Shown: positions 1 to 13,552 of the stretch, one piece after another
How positions within the stretch are numbered: the first letter of the stretch is position 1
Layout: each line of letters starts with the position of its first letter
DNA from: Paraglomus brasilianum
Taxonomy: Eukaryota
Assembly (NCBI GenBank): GCA_910592345.1
Contig: CAJVPI010000017.1
Location: 62,001 to 85,500 of the forward strand
Direction of reading: 5' to 3'
DNA length: 23,500 bases
The notes under the pieces: generated by a model
What the model saw: the letters and a program-made list of their open reading frames with translations, nothing else
The model's database searches: none
What the model was told of the DNA's origin: nothing
Program-made: the position numbers and the translations under genes

Positions 1-1317
1 TAGCAATGCCACCGTTCCAGACACTCCATTGTCAACACCCAATACTATATCCTGAAAAAGCCCTCGACTGTCAAGTGATGTTGATACTACGACTATAGGC
101 TTACCATCTTCATGTGACATATTAAACGAAGGTGTTGCATATACAGACAAACCACCCACCGGAAGACACCATTCTAGTGAGGAAGGGGATATAATTAGAG
201 TCATAATAGAATTGCATATTAATTTTTAAACAATCCCTTACCTCGTCGAAGGCAAGTCGATGCATCTATAGCGGCATACATGAAAGAAGAGAATTCAACT
301 GCTTTTAATGGGAAATTTACATATCCCGCTAGTGAGTTATTCTGGGCGCTCTAAAGAACGGATTGAGAAATAGATGAAAATCAAAAGTGGGACAGAAAAG
401 TCGACATAAGTACCAATACCAACCGCCATTATTTCATTAAACGTATTGTTTGTAGCAAGATCATGAGGATCCAAAGCAAATATAGGAAAGTCGTAGCTAT
501 TATAAATAAGACCGTTTCCCTACACAAGCATAATACGATTAGCCACTCACATCGAATTCACCTAATCCGACACTTAGATCAAATTACAATATCTTACAAT
601 AGGGTTCCACTGATACCTTTGCGGGTCATTGCGATATAAACCAAACTCACAATTGGGGCACACCGAATCAAGGGAAAGTTTATCTGGTGATAAATTTACA
701 TCCGCCACATTGCCGCTGACAATTGCAATTACACCTCCTAATTTCCCTGACGATTCAAGTTCATTAAGATTGTCACTTTATATACGGAGAGGAGCTTAAT
801 TTATTGATGGATTCGACGTTTCGTTGGTATGATAATGTGTAAAAGACGCCGGAGAAAATGACTTACTTTGTCACAAGAGGATAGGGCATGATAACTGCAT
901 ATGTTCCGGAGGGATTACTACTGATAAATTCTGAGAAACTTTCTTGAGTATCTATCCAGTATAAAATTCCTGTCTTCTTACGGCGGGCTATGAGACATTG
1001 AATTGAATTAGAGACAGATCTATGGGTCAATGAGCAAATGTGCGCATAACATGTACATTGCCAAATAACCTACTTTGACACCCTATCATGCCCGCCGCAT
1101 TTAATAGCCGAACACATGGTATTGGGTATAATTCTTCATATATTGTGTCGTATATGGATACGTCTTGTGTCTTTGCTAAATCGCGAAAGGTATATATTGG
1201 TCAACAAAACGGACATCCGACAGTACATCTCTACCATATTTTCATACCTGTTGAGAATATATCTGTCAATAGGAAACAGAGGAAAAGAACGAGAGACTCT
1301 ATCCGAGGTTTTTGCAT
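1..1317 (-). CDS. NCSTN: Nicastrin (gamma-secretase subunit), 5' part; gene continues past the left edge
   Basis: Phase-consistent GT-AG exons 1248-1317, 1074-1175, 867-987, 598-775, 424-519, 242-350 and <1-173. Spliced protein: signal peptide MQKPRIESLVLFLCFLLTDIFST, then PCVRLLNAAGMIGCQ, CPNCEFGLY..WNPIGNGLIYNSYDFPIFAL, FMYAAIDASTCLRREWCLPVGGLSVY, KPIVVVSTSLDSRGLFQDIVLGVDNGVSGTVALL. These match nicastrin motifs (PCVRLLN..IGCQ, WNP.GNGL...F.FPIF, LDSR). Confidence 0.92.
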
Positions 1318-1622
1318 TTTGGCATGCCTAACTTTGACACTAGACAATTTTGAGAGAACTTTGAATTGCAGTTTCACGTCGATGTCACACAGAGTGAACA
1401 ATGAGGTGCTAAAAATCGTCAAACACTATTCGATATAATAAAAGACAGTTGTGGCATTCGCAATGGTCTCTAATGTCTTCTCGAATGGAGTCTTGTTTCA
1501 ATTACCCAGTCTGGCAATCTCTAGCCTTTTGCTCTCGACGCGTAAACTTGGGCATGTCCAGATATGCTTAATCGGTTGTGCGAACGATCTTCCGTTGATC
1601 AACTTTTATTGTTATAAGACAA

Positions 1623-1742
1623 ATCTGAACCCGTTTCAAGATTGTCACATATTCACATATTTTTTCGACGTTATCACATAAATCATGTAGTTTATTGGTG
1701 CAAAAGATTATTCTAATGTGACAATCCCGAAACGGGTCAAAT
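1623..1742. mobile_element. Small MITE-like element (imperfect ~27-bp inverted repeats)
   Basis: ATCTGAACCCGTTTCAAGATTGTCACAT (1623-1650) pairs with ATGTGACAATCCCGAAACGGGTCAAAT (1716-1742; reverse complement ATTTGACCCGTTTCGGGATTGTCACAT). No clear TSD. Confidence 0.5.
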
Positions 1743-1819
1743 CCTAGAACGGGCGTAATAATTGTCGCATTAATTGATTTAATTATAAAGGACACTTTAT
1801 CAAAATATCGTCTTTTTTA

Positions 1820-2400
1820 CTAACATGTAGATTTTAAATACACTTTGTGTATCAAATGCAATTTAAAGTGGTTTTTTATAAAAGAATGGAGGCGAAAAAA
1901 TGTGAGCCCGGTGGTTCTAGTCTTGGTCATGTGGTCAAATAACCCGTCAGTGCTCATTAACAGGAATCCACGCCCACTAGTATCTGAGAGTCGGTCGAGC
2001 CTGGTAAAGTATACATCTGGAACGCAAGATACTACTGGCTTATTGGGATCAAGCTTAAAAAGTAAATCGCCAATTGTAGCTGCCACATTAAGTGACAAGT
2101 TGATTCCTCTACCATTAGAATACGGAATACCAAGATCATTATTTGTGTCTTGAAGTCTAATACGTGCTTTCTTCAGACTTGGTCTTATTCGTCTCTCGTG
2201 TCTAACAGGGTCGAACTTGATGGGTTTGTCATTGTTGTCTACAAACATACCGCCATTACAGAAGATATTTTGTGCCAGACGCTCAAGATATGGTCACTCG
2301 CAAAGTCGACTATCCATTTGTTTAGCGCAATCTCTTAAATTAGGTAACAGTAGATAAGCGTACAAACACCAAATATAGTTAGTAGACAATGGGTGCGTAA
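1820..2400 (-). pseudogene. Degenerate PP2C (PPM-family) phosphatase-like fragment
   Basis: ORF 1820-2248 carries C-terminal PP2C motifs LNVAATIGDLLFK..VVSCVPDV..GFLLMSTDGLFDHM. Upstream frames give PNLRDC (cf. ANxGDS) and FASDH, separated by frameshifts and a stop. No N-terminal DGH motif or final DN motif seen. Confidence 0.65.
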
Positions 2401-2648
2401 CGTGTCCCTGATACTTGGTTAAACAGACAATGACAGCGGGAACCCTCGAACAATACATAATAATAACCGCGTCAAACAATCGGGACGCGCGTTTCTGTCC
2501 TTTTGCAGTAATAATGTGGATACCGCTGTTCGTCTCGGGATCACTTTTACATCGTTTTCCGAGTTTCCCACGTTCGCTTGTGTTTTCACGACACACGGCA
2601 ACAGGTGATTATCTTTTTTTTTTTTGGTTGCTTTGGCACATATAGTAT

Positions 2649-2925
2649 CCTACAGAGCGCGCAGCCCTTTCACTGGTTTCTTATCCAGTGTAGCTCTGTG
2701 CGGCTGATGTTTTGGAGATACTGGTCATATTATTCACTAGGGTTCGCCTAGTGCCTAAGTGCCACGATGTGTCAGTCTCTTTCCCAGTATACTGGACTTA
2801 ATGGGACCCTACAGAGCGCGCAGCCCTTTCACTGGTTTCTTATCCAGTGTAGCTCTGTGCGGCTGAGATACTGGTCATATCGTTCGCCTAGTGCTAAGTG
2901 CCACGATGTGTTAGTTTTTTTCCAG
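2649..2925. repeat. Tandem direct duplication, period 159 bp
   Basis: CCTACAGAGCGCGCAGCCCTTTCACTGGTTTCTTATCCAGTGTAGCTCTGTGCGGCTGA... starts at 2649 and again at 2808. The second copy has short internal deletions. Confidence 0.95.
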
Positions 2926-3928
2926 AGTCCCAATTGTCTGCCAAACATATCAACTATTATTGCTCTATATATTCATTGCGGGTTTGTTGCTACTGCTAAT
3001 ACTTGTTGCTGGTCGTTACACTCAGGATGTTGCGATTGCTGAATACTTGCGGAAACCGAATGGCATCTTGCAAGTTCTCTACGTTATGTAGCAAACAAGC
3101 GTTCGTTGACCTCGCAACACGAGCAAGAAGTTAAGTATGGACTCAAATGCCATCTTTGACTTACAGCGGATCATGTCTCGCTCTGTCGATGGGCAAGAAA
3201 GAGAGCTATGAAGCTTTTCCGCAATTTCGATAGACAGTTTCAAACAAGACGATCTTTCATGAATTGAATGTAAAGGTAATTTGTAATCTTCTTCATTGAG
3301 CGCATTGTTTAAGCGGTACACACTAAATGGCAAACTGGTCTTAGAGGCAATCCAAAATGCCTAGAGGCTATTCATGATCCATACGTGATACCTATTCACT
3401 CCAACAACAATGATAGCGGGGACATTACCACCTGAAGAAGCCCAAAGAGTTGGTTTTGTTATGGTCGGATGGTCTGGGGTTTGGGAGAGCGATTAATCTT
3501 TTCGCGTAGGGGTGTTCTTCCGACCGGGGGATTAGCTTCGTGCTCCGCCCTTAATACGGTAGACGTTCAATTAAGTGACCTATTTATATAATTAGATTAA
3601 ATGCGCGCATCTACTGCGGAATTGAAGGGGAATAAATTCTATTTAATATTAAACAGGGCTATCTTCGATTTGCTATTTCGACTAGTCGGGTTCCGTCACT
3701 TGTCTCAAACTAATTAAACAATTTTTGTTCAATAAATAATTATTGGCTCTCGTTCCTCAATTAAGAGTAATAGATCAACGGACAACTTATACAGCTTAAA
3801 TGAGCCGTTTATTAGTGTGTCCAATCAAATAATTAATATTTCCACAATGAAAGAAAGTAAAGTTTCGATTTCAAAGGGAATTCCATGGAGTGGGAATTAT
3901 TGTTCTAATAACCTGAACAATATTTTAT

Positions 3929-3989
3929 AACATATACAACATATACAATATATACAGCATTAACAACATTAACAACATGAACAACATTA
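3929..3989. repeat. Degenerate 9-bp minisatellite (AACATATAC/AACATTAAC), ~7 units
   Basis: Units read directly: aacatatac aacatatac aatatatac agcattaac aacattaac aacatgaac aacatta. Confidence 0.85.
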
Positions 3990-4062
3990 GAATTCGACAA
4001 TGAGATAAGGGTCGCTTATATACCTTTAGCGACGCTCAAAAATCGAAACGGAGTCAAAATAG

Positions 4063-4560
4063 TTAAACAATCGTAATTTCTATGAAGAACCAATCATATT
4101 CTAATTTAGCTAATAGCGTTTGTGCTGACACGCAAAAATCGAAACATTTCTGCGCGACGACACGGTGCCTAAATGCGACGCCATACCATTCTAAAATATC
4201 GGTTGTTAGTGACCATCTTTCTGTTGTCTCCTTGGTAATTGAGAAGACACTGCCAATCTTGTAAGTAATGTTTACTATCCCTTTATAAAAAGCATTTGCA
4301 TTCTTTTCAAACATCTCTTTGAATTTTCTTCTTTAGCATAAAGGCATTTTCCTTGGGTCATCAAACCTGCTCCAAGATATCACGTCCATTAAAAAGACGC
4401 ATCTTAATGCATCTCGTACACCCGTGCCTAGAGACAACACTATGGCATGTGACACTATGGCATGTGACACTATGGCATGTGACATCAGTAAACTACGTTG
4501 CGGGTGAGGTTCCTTCAAGGAATCACGTAAACCGTAAATGTTCAGACGGCGCAGGTTCAT
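4063..4560 (-). pseudogene. Possible decayed coding fragment, family unrecognised
   Basis: Two adjacent same-strand ORFs (4333-4560, 4063-4314) with protein-like composition, broken by a stop/frameshift. No motif I recognise. Confidence 0.25.
4437..4484. repeat. Perfect 15-bp tandem repeat ACACTATGGCATGTG x3.2
   Basis: Read directly; translates as SHAIV x3 on the minus strand. Confidence 0.95.
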
Positions 4561-5256
4561 GACGACCGCCGATAAGTATGAACTTGTCTATGTAGAAGGT
4601 GCCCGATTAGATGCGAAAAAAATGTACACTAACAATGTCGGCGTTTACCACAGAACCTGTCTGTTTTTGGAGGTCTAAAATTGTGCTTAAAAAATATTGA
4701 TTATATAACCTCCCCCGTGAGTCGATATATAAACTGCCATCGCGGTAATTGCCGAAAAAAAATTTATCGATTAAAGTTCCTATTTACACATTTTTCTATT
4801 CATCAATCAAACTAATAATATTGTGTTTGCTCGAACAATTTCACGTGTCCGATAAAGAGTCATGTTCTAAATCGAGAGAGCGGGAAATTATTATCAATAT
4901 TAATACATTGTCTTTACCTGATACATTGTTGATTGTGAGAAGATAAAAAAGTGTATAGTAGACCTTTTCACAATTACTGCTATTGTTATAATTGTTATAG
5001 TAAAATATTTATTATTATTATTATTATTCTTAGTAATAGTAACTATTACTATAATTGACTAAATAGCCGAAACATTATAGTAGAAAGTCATATTACTTTC
5101 TACCATTAATTTATTATTATTATTATCGACACTTTATATATTTTTTATCTTGATAATAAAATACGTAATTCATGTGACAGCGTCGAAAAAATATCGACAT
5201 GTGAAACATAAATTTACCCGCTTTATTTGTTAAGATCAGCATAATCAAGCGAGACA

Positions 5257-5970
5257 ATGATGCAAGCAATTCATTCCTTTAAACCACATTCATGTTATCT
5301 GCTTTCCAGATCACTCACATACTCCCCTTTGTATTATATAATTCACGCCAAACAACGTCCATTATCCACTTCAACAGCTCTCTTAGCGCAGTCTATACCG
5401 CGACATCTACGCGATGAAGAGATAAACGCTCGTCAAATACGTTTTGTGAATGCTGAGGGTCGCATGGAAGGAGCGCGGAGTTTAAGCGAGGTCCTGATGT
5501 CTATGGACCGTAATAAATACTGGTTAGTAGAAGTATCACGGGATCCAGACGATCCTACTGTTCCTATCTGTAAGCTGGTTGACAAGAAAGCAGAATACGA
5601 GAAGATAAAAGCCCAGAAGCTGAAAAATAAACCGAGAAGTGCGGCAAACATCTGTAAGGAACTGGTAATGACGTGGAACGTATCTGATCACGATTTTAAA
5701 CGTAAACTTGAACAAGCACAGGAGTTTCTTGATAAGGGAAATCGTGTGCGGTTATCCATCAAGCCTAAAGGGAGAGTGAGGTCGACAGTGGATATTGAGA
5801 AAAAGATGAAAAAATTGGTGATGGACGCTTTGTTTGATTGCTGTAAAGAATATAAAGACCCGGTCATGCATCAAGGGATTTTGACATTCGAGATGTCAGG
5901 AAAAGGGCTGATTATACATAAGAAACATGAGAACGAGAAGAGTGACAAGGCAGAGGAATCAACCGAGTAA
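5257..5970 (+). CDS. Translation initiation factor IF-3, mitochondrial
   Basis: Intronless 237-aa ORF. S/R/L-rich presequence-like N-terminus; IF3-N motifs (RDEEINARQIRFVNAEG..LVEVS..PICKLVD); K-rich linker; IF3-C motifs (KELVMTWNVSDHDFKRKLEQAQEFLDKGNRVRLSI). Confidence 0.93.
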   Translation: MMQAIHSFKPHSCYLLSRSLTYSPLYYIIHAKQRPLSTSTALLAQSIPRHLRDEEINARQIRFVNAEGRMEGARSLSEVLMSMDRNKYWLVEVSRDPDDPTVPICKLVDKKAEYEKIKAQKLKNKPRSAANICKELVMTWNVSDHDFKRKLEQAQEFLDKGNRVRLSIKPKGRVRSTVDIEKKMKKLVMDALFDCCKEYKDPVMHQGILTFEMSGKGLIIHKKHENEKSDKAEESTE

Positions 5971-6209
5971 TATCTTGCGTTGAATGTTGGCAGAGATTAG
6001 TAATAGTAGTAATGGTTGCAGAACTTTTGTAATATTCATAATAAAAACAATAGTTCCGTTCTGCATAAATTTAAAAACAGCCAATTAGAGAGTGGCGCAA
6101 ATTGAGGCTTGCGTATTTCCGTTCCTGTTATTGAATTTCGATGCCTATAATAACTTGATAGTTTATCTTTAGACAAACAAGTTCACGGTTTATAAATTTA
6201 ATATCACTT

Positions 6210-8310
<2,101 letters not shown>

Positions 8311-8473
8311 TTGTGACCAGAGCGAAATTAAAGTGCGGTCACAACGCGCGACATTCTGTATCAACTATCATGTGGTGCTACTGATACATTGTGTTCCAAC
8401 ATTGTTTATTCCAGGGTTCTGTTACGTGACATTCGAGTTATATAGCTTCGTAAAAGGACTTCTTTAACTTAAG
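8311..8473. promoter_or_regulatory. Putative bidirectional promoter
   Basis: Only 163 bp between the divergent ATGs of the RBBP4-like gene (8310) and FNTB (8474). Contains GTGAC/GTCAC and CATGTG elements. Confidence 0.55.
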
Positions 8474-10485
8474 ATGGGTATACTCGATGGGCCTACTCCT
8501 CTGGATTCATTGTTTACCAAACACGATGGAAACATAACTCATTCTTGGACGCTTCAAGTAACTCGCAACTGACACAATATTATTATGTTGGATATATATA
8601 TAGCGAATATGCGTTTCATATGCGTTTAATACGTTAGGTTGAAACTGAAGTAGAAGTCTACAAGTTGTATAAGGAAGTCCTAGACACTGACGATCTGAAT
8701 AAGTAAGTAATCAACAATACTGAATTAGGCCAATATCGAAGGTAATGCCATTTTTTGATAAACATCTTGATGCAACTTTGTTTATATTCTACCAAGTGTT
8801 ACTCTAGAGAGAGAACGTCACCTAAATTACTTGTTGAGCGGATCAAAAGGATTGAACAAGTATTTCGTGGTCCTTGATGCTAGTAGACCATGGATCTGTT
8901 ATTGGGTTGTGCATGCTTTGGACATCCTTGGACGCACGATTGAACCCGATTTCATGCGAGGGTATGCTATACTTACTTGTTAAGTTATTTAATGGATCTA
9001 TTAAACCAACGATGTATGTACATCATACAGTTGTATCGAAATGCTTTCCAAATATCAGAACCCGACAGGAGGCTTTGGTGGCGGATTCGGTCAGCTTTCA
9101 CACTTGGCTGCCTCATATGCTGCTGTAAATGCTTTGGCTGTTTTTGGAACCCAAGAAGCTTATGACGTAATCGACAGGTAACGATTTGATATTAATGTGA
9201 AAACTTAACCCCTTGCAATGCTAACTCATCGACTCTATTACACCAGAGAGAACCTTTACAAGTGGCTTTTGAGCCTAAAACAGCCCGATGGATCTTATAT
9301 CATGCACAAAGGAGGAGAAGTTGATGTGCGGTAAGAGATAGTTTTAAGCACACGTATAAAAGAAATCTTGGTTACAATGCCCTAATTACTGTGAATGGAT
9401 TAATAGTGGTGTCTACTGCGCTCTTTCTATAGCAGTGCTGACTAATATACTTACACCCGAATTGATCGAAGGAACCCCAGAATGGATAAAAAAGTAAGGG
9501 GATTACCCGAAAAAAAAAAAGAGATTATGTGTGCGCACACGGTTGATTAAATTGATTTTCACTCGACCAGATGCCAAACATACGAAGGCGGTATTGGTGG
9601 TGTTCCTGGTATCGAGGCACACGGCGGATACGCGTTCTGCGGTCTGGCTGCGATGGAACTTATGGGAACTTCTGAAAAACTGGACATCTCCAAGTTATTA
9701 GTACGTTTACGTTTGAATACGTTATGTACCCTTGAGATTAAGGCTTATTCTTGCTTACTATACAATTCATCATGAAAGAGATGGGCCGTCTCTCTACAAA
9801 TGCCACTTGAAGGTGGATTCCAAGGTCGACCAAACAAACTTGTTGACGGATGTTATTCGTTCTGGGTTGGTGGACTGTATCCACTGCTCGAAACGATCAC
9901 GCTGCGTCAACAGTTGAGAGAGAAGAAACAAGCAATCAAGTCATCGGCGTGTCAACTATTATTCAACAGAGGTGAGCGAAAGTCGAGTGGAACTATTATT
10001 ACATTAGACATAATCGATGAGCGTAACCAAGCTATTATCTTAAACAGAGGCTCTTCAAGAATACATCCTTATTGCAGCCCAAAGTCAAAAGGGTGGTCTT
10101 GTGGATAAACCACCAAAAGGGCCTGATTTTTACCATACTTGCTATTGTCTCAGCGGATTGTCAACTGCACAAAATCACGTCGTTTATGACATTGAGAAGG
10201 CATCCGAGTTGGAAAGACAAGGAAAACTTAATGCTACAGCAAGATCTCTCTTGTGGGCTGAAGATGTTTCAGGGAGACTCGTTATAGGAAAAGAAGAGAA
10301 TCTCGTGGTATGTAAACGAAGTATTTTGGATGAAAAATAGAAAGCATATATATTTAAACAATTTTCTCGCACTCTTTACAACACAGAAAGCTGTACACCC
10401 AATTCATAATTTAGCAATACCAAAAGTTCATAGGATAATCAATTATTTTGTGACAAAGGATACTGGTGTAATACCATCCCTTTAA
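8474..10485 (+). CDS. RAM1: Protein farnesyltransferase beta subunit (Ram1/FNTB), multi-exon
   Basis: Spliced motifs: LDASRPWICYWVVHALDIL, GGFGGGFGQLSHLAASYAAVNAL, MHKGGEVDVR, CQTYEGGIGGVPGIEAHGGYAFCGLAA, EGGFQGRPNKLVDGCYSFW, DKPPKGPDFYHTCYCLSGLS..Q, VHPIHNL. ATG at 8474, TAA at 10483-10485. Confidence 0.95.
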
Positions 10486-10578
10486 TCTGTCATTTATTCA
10501 TAATAATAATGGTCCACTATAAAAAATGCACTTATATATATATATATATACCACAGCCAATAAAAACAAAATTGCGGG

Positions 10579-12900
10579 TTACGAAGATTCCTTTCGTCCC
10601 CGCACAACGAAAGAACCCCTATCTTTCTTAAATTCCCAATTAGCCTCTTCTAGATAATCTGTGACCTCGAGCCAAAGCTTTGGTACGTTATTGTGTGAAT
10701 GGTTACCCGCCCCAGTTATGATTTCTAGGGGTTTTTTGTTGGATGCTGAGGAAAAGAAAATTAATATCGTCCTCGATTCGAACGCATGCCAATCAAACGC
10801 TGACTAACCTGGTCGCATAGGTGTCGAAGACCAACGTTTCAGTTCTTCTTTCACCACGGCCAAAGCCTCGTTAACAGTCAATCCGTGCAAATCTACAAAG
10901 TTGGGATTTCCTCTCGCCTTGCTATGTAATGATAAGTATACATTGATTAATATTCATTCCTCTCAATGATTACAACAAGCCAACTTTGAAACGTAATTAG
11001 TAGCAAAACAAAGTCACTGAGTATAAATTATTGATTAGCAACCTCTTCTGACGGACTTGTGCTTTAGCAGCAAGCAAATTCCACTCCTTCATCTTCGCAT
11101 CATACGCACGTCCCTGTTATGAAAGGGACGACATAAGCTCATTGGGAGCAGCAATGACTGTATTCATACATGATAGAAAGACGACACCCGAATGATCAAC
11201 AGAACCTACTTGATCCGGGTAGCCATAAACTTCATTTCGCTTGCGATATCTAGTCTTCTTATACACGTCGGCAGCATGACGGAATACTTCGTCTCGTTTG
11301 CGCCTATACTCTTCGGCCTTTTTTCGACAATAGACCGGATCGTTAATGCGTCCATCGTCACTGCCATCATCATAATCCTCCTCATCATCATCATTATACC
11401 GTTTTTCTTCGTCGTCGTCGTAAAGACGACGAGATCGTGATTTGTCCCTATCGTAAGCCTGTGAGGCACTTATAACCTTACCAGAGCTAGCATTTTGCTT
11501 CCAGTCATCCTCCCTTACCCAAATTTCACGAATATTTGAAGATTTACTGGGAGATGTTGATGACCCTGCGATTTGACTCCATGTTCGGGAACCATTTTTG
11601 GTATCATCATCGATGAGGAGCATCAGATCGATCGCCTTCTCTAGTTCACCTCTAGTTATTACCAGAATCTTCTGCAGTAGGTCTACATCATGATCGTAGA
11701 AATTACTAATCAACTCGGCTAGATCTTTATCGAACTGTTCTTGCTTGACAGCAAAGCCTACTGGCGCGTCGTTGTACAACTCTTTAGCTGTTTCCAATAC
11801 GTTACGATTATTTGCATGAAACACATGCGATACCGTTGCTTCTGGTATTTCCGGAAAAATGCTTTTCAAGCGTCGGAGCCGATCATGCGCAGGCGAAAAC
11901 ACCGACGACGATGACGAATATGACGACGAAGGAGATACTGGCGACTTTGAACGTGTCGAAGAGAGCTCATGGACGTTTGCATTCTTCTGAGGAGCACGCT
12001 GCCGTTGTTTTTTCCGCTTCTTCTTCCGATGTTGTGCTCGTGATTCCACGTCAAGTTTGTCTTTCCCCTTCGATGGCGTCAACGCAATAACCGGAAATTC
12101 TTGTTGATCTATTTCTCGTTGATCTATTTCCGCGAGCAAAATTTCCAAAGCCCCTTCGACACAATACTTTCTCAGTAATTCTTCCAGTTTCTCGGAACAA
12201 ATATCAGGGAAACAATCTTTCAGAAACATAGATTCGTTATCTTTTTCTTCCTTAGAGATCTCAAGCCGCTCGGTCTCTTCGTTGGGCGCCATTTCCTCAC
12301 TCGTGGTACTCATACTACATCCTGAATCAGATCCTTCAGAAATTCCCAGCCTGTGGAAGTTTCCCTCCAAGTTCTCCACGGAACTGTTCGCGACCGACAA
12401 GTCATGTCCGATAAAGACCTCGTTTCCGTTCAAAGTAATGTATGTTTCTTCGACATTCACTTCACCATTGGCGATTGCCTTTCCATTGCTCCTCGTTCCA
12501 AAAAAATGGTTAGTTTCTTCTGAATTCACAGAATCGTCGTCGTCGTCTGTTTCAGCATTAATGCTTTCCACATTGTCCGCAAGTACCATAAGAGTACATA
12601 TGCATTCGTCATCGTCGTTTCGCTCATTGAACATATTCTCTACTAGGGAGAACTCCAGGGGCGGGCAGAACTTTTCCTAAATACGTGTGAGTATGTAGTT
12701 GTAAAGTTTAAAGGTGGTCCATTGACGCTTAATTCTCACCACCTTGTAGCACTTTACTTCTTGATAGAGCTCTGGTCATTTCGCTTTAAGCCAATAACCT
12801 AGTCTGTTCATGTTCCCTTTATGACTCGGTCGTTTTTGGAAGGTTTTATTAAATTTTAGATGATTATGCTCCTCACCTGTAATTCCTCAAGGTTTAACAT
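10579..12900 (-). CDS. Multi-CUE + DUF1771 + Smr domain protein (Cue2/N4BP2-like ubiquitin-binding endonuclease)
   Basis: Exons 12877-12900 (MLNLEELQ), 11210-12676, 11043-11113, 10809-10921 and 10579-10745 are phase-consistent. CUE-like repeats (LKDCFPDI, LKSIFPEIP, ELISNFYDHD); Smr motifs VDLHGLTVNEALAVV and IITGAGNHS. Confidence 0.9.
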
Positions 12901-13409
12901 TTTGTCTAAGTGAGTAATGCTGTAGGTTGTAGGTTGTAGTCGAGACGAAAGACTCGCGACAATCGGAAATTGAAATATTGTACACTATTTATACACGAAT
13001 ATCGGAAATGGGGAAAGATAATAATAAAGTAAACATAACGCCACAGGGGTAGGCTAAAGCGGGAAAGACAATCACTGGTAAGCGCCACAAAAATCAAATC
13101 TTAAATCCCGCGCTCTTTCAGTCTTCGGCTATTAGTTCTTCTTTGTTCCTCCGTCCGCTGCACAAGTTCATAAAAGTGTTTTCTGTTCAAGGTAATTTCA
13201 ACGATATTTACTCCATAAGCAGATATTTCTTGGTGCGAAAGTCGTAGCAAGTGTAATCGTTCATTTTTATTAATTAAACATCATAATCATCAGGCGTCCT
13301 TATCGTTATAGTCACTGGCATGTACAGCATTAAACCGGCAATGTTTGTAGAAATACCTCTGTTGATACTGCAGTTCTTCGTGAATATGAACGTTTGAAGC
13401 GAATAGTCA

Positions 13410-13502
13410 CAGTGAACCCTCTCTAAACGCAAGTATTTATTATTCTCTGTAAATGCTAACCTTCCGTTATATGGCCCCATTGCATTTAGAGAGGGTTCAC
13501 TG
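13410..13502. mobile_element. 93-bp MITE, Tc1/mariner (pogo-like) type
   Basis: 23-bp TIRs CAGTGAACCCTCTCTAAA(C/T)GCAA with one mismatch. Right flank TA, left flank CA (probable mutated TA TSD). Confidence 0.8.
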
Positions 13503-13552
13503 TACTACTACTGCCGACCACTATTATATTCAGCGCTTTTATGGAACAATGA

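Noticed and set aside
1088..1438. Plus-strand 116-aa ORF and similar short ORFs (e.g. 1845-2153, 12282-12680, 20944-21351)
   Set aside because: Antisense shadows of real exons or pseudogenes, with no independent motifs.
3079..3480. Minus-strand protein-like frame (LNNALNEEDYKLPLH...)
   Set aside because: Interrupted by a stop, no recognisable family and no convincing splice model; may be a remnant but I cannot support it.
4437..4484. Short repeats as a CRISPR-like array
   Set aside because: Contiguous units with no spacers, eukaryotic context, no cas genes.
5257..5970. Intronless bacterial-type IF3 as recent horizontal transfer
   Set aside because: The presequence-like N-terminus and fungal-type motif (WNVSDHD) fit the ordinary nuclear-encoded mitochondrial factor.
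11117..12634. 505-aa ORF as a complete single-exon gene
   Set aside because: It is mostly exon 2. The true start is likely at 12900, and the ORF tail after YPDQ is intron read-through; the Smr exons follow.
12740..12811. Apparent exon MNRLGYWLKAK*PELYQ with in-frame TGA (readthrough/selenocysteine idea)
   Set aside because: It lies within intron 1. The upstream exon MLNLEELQ|GTGAGG splices in phase to EKFCPPL and explains the gene without recoding.
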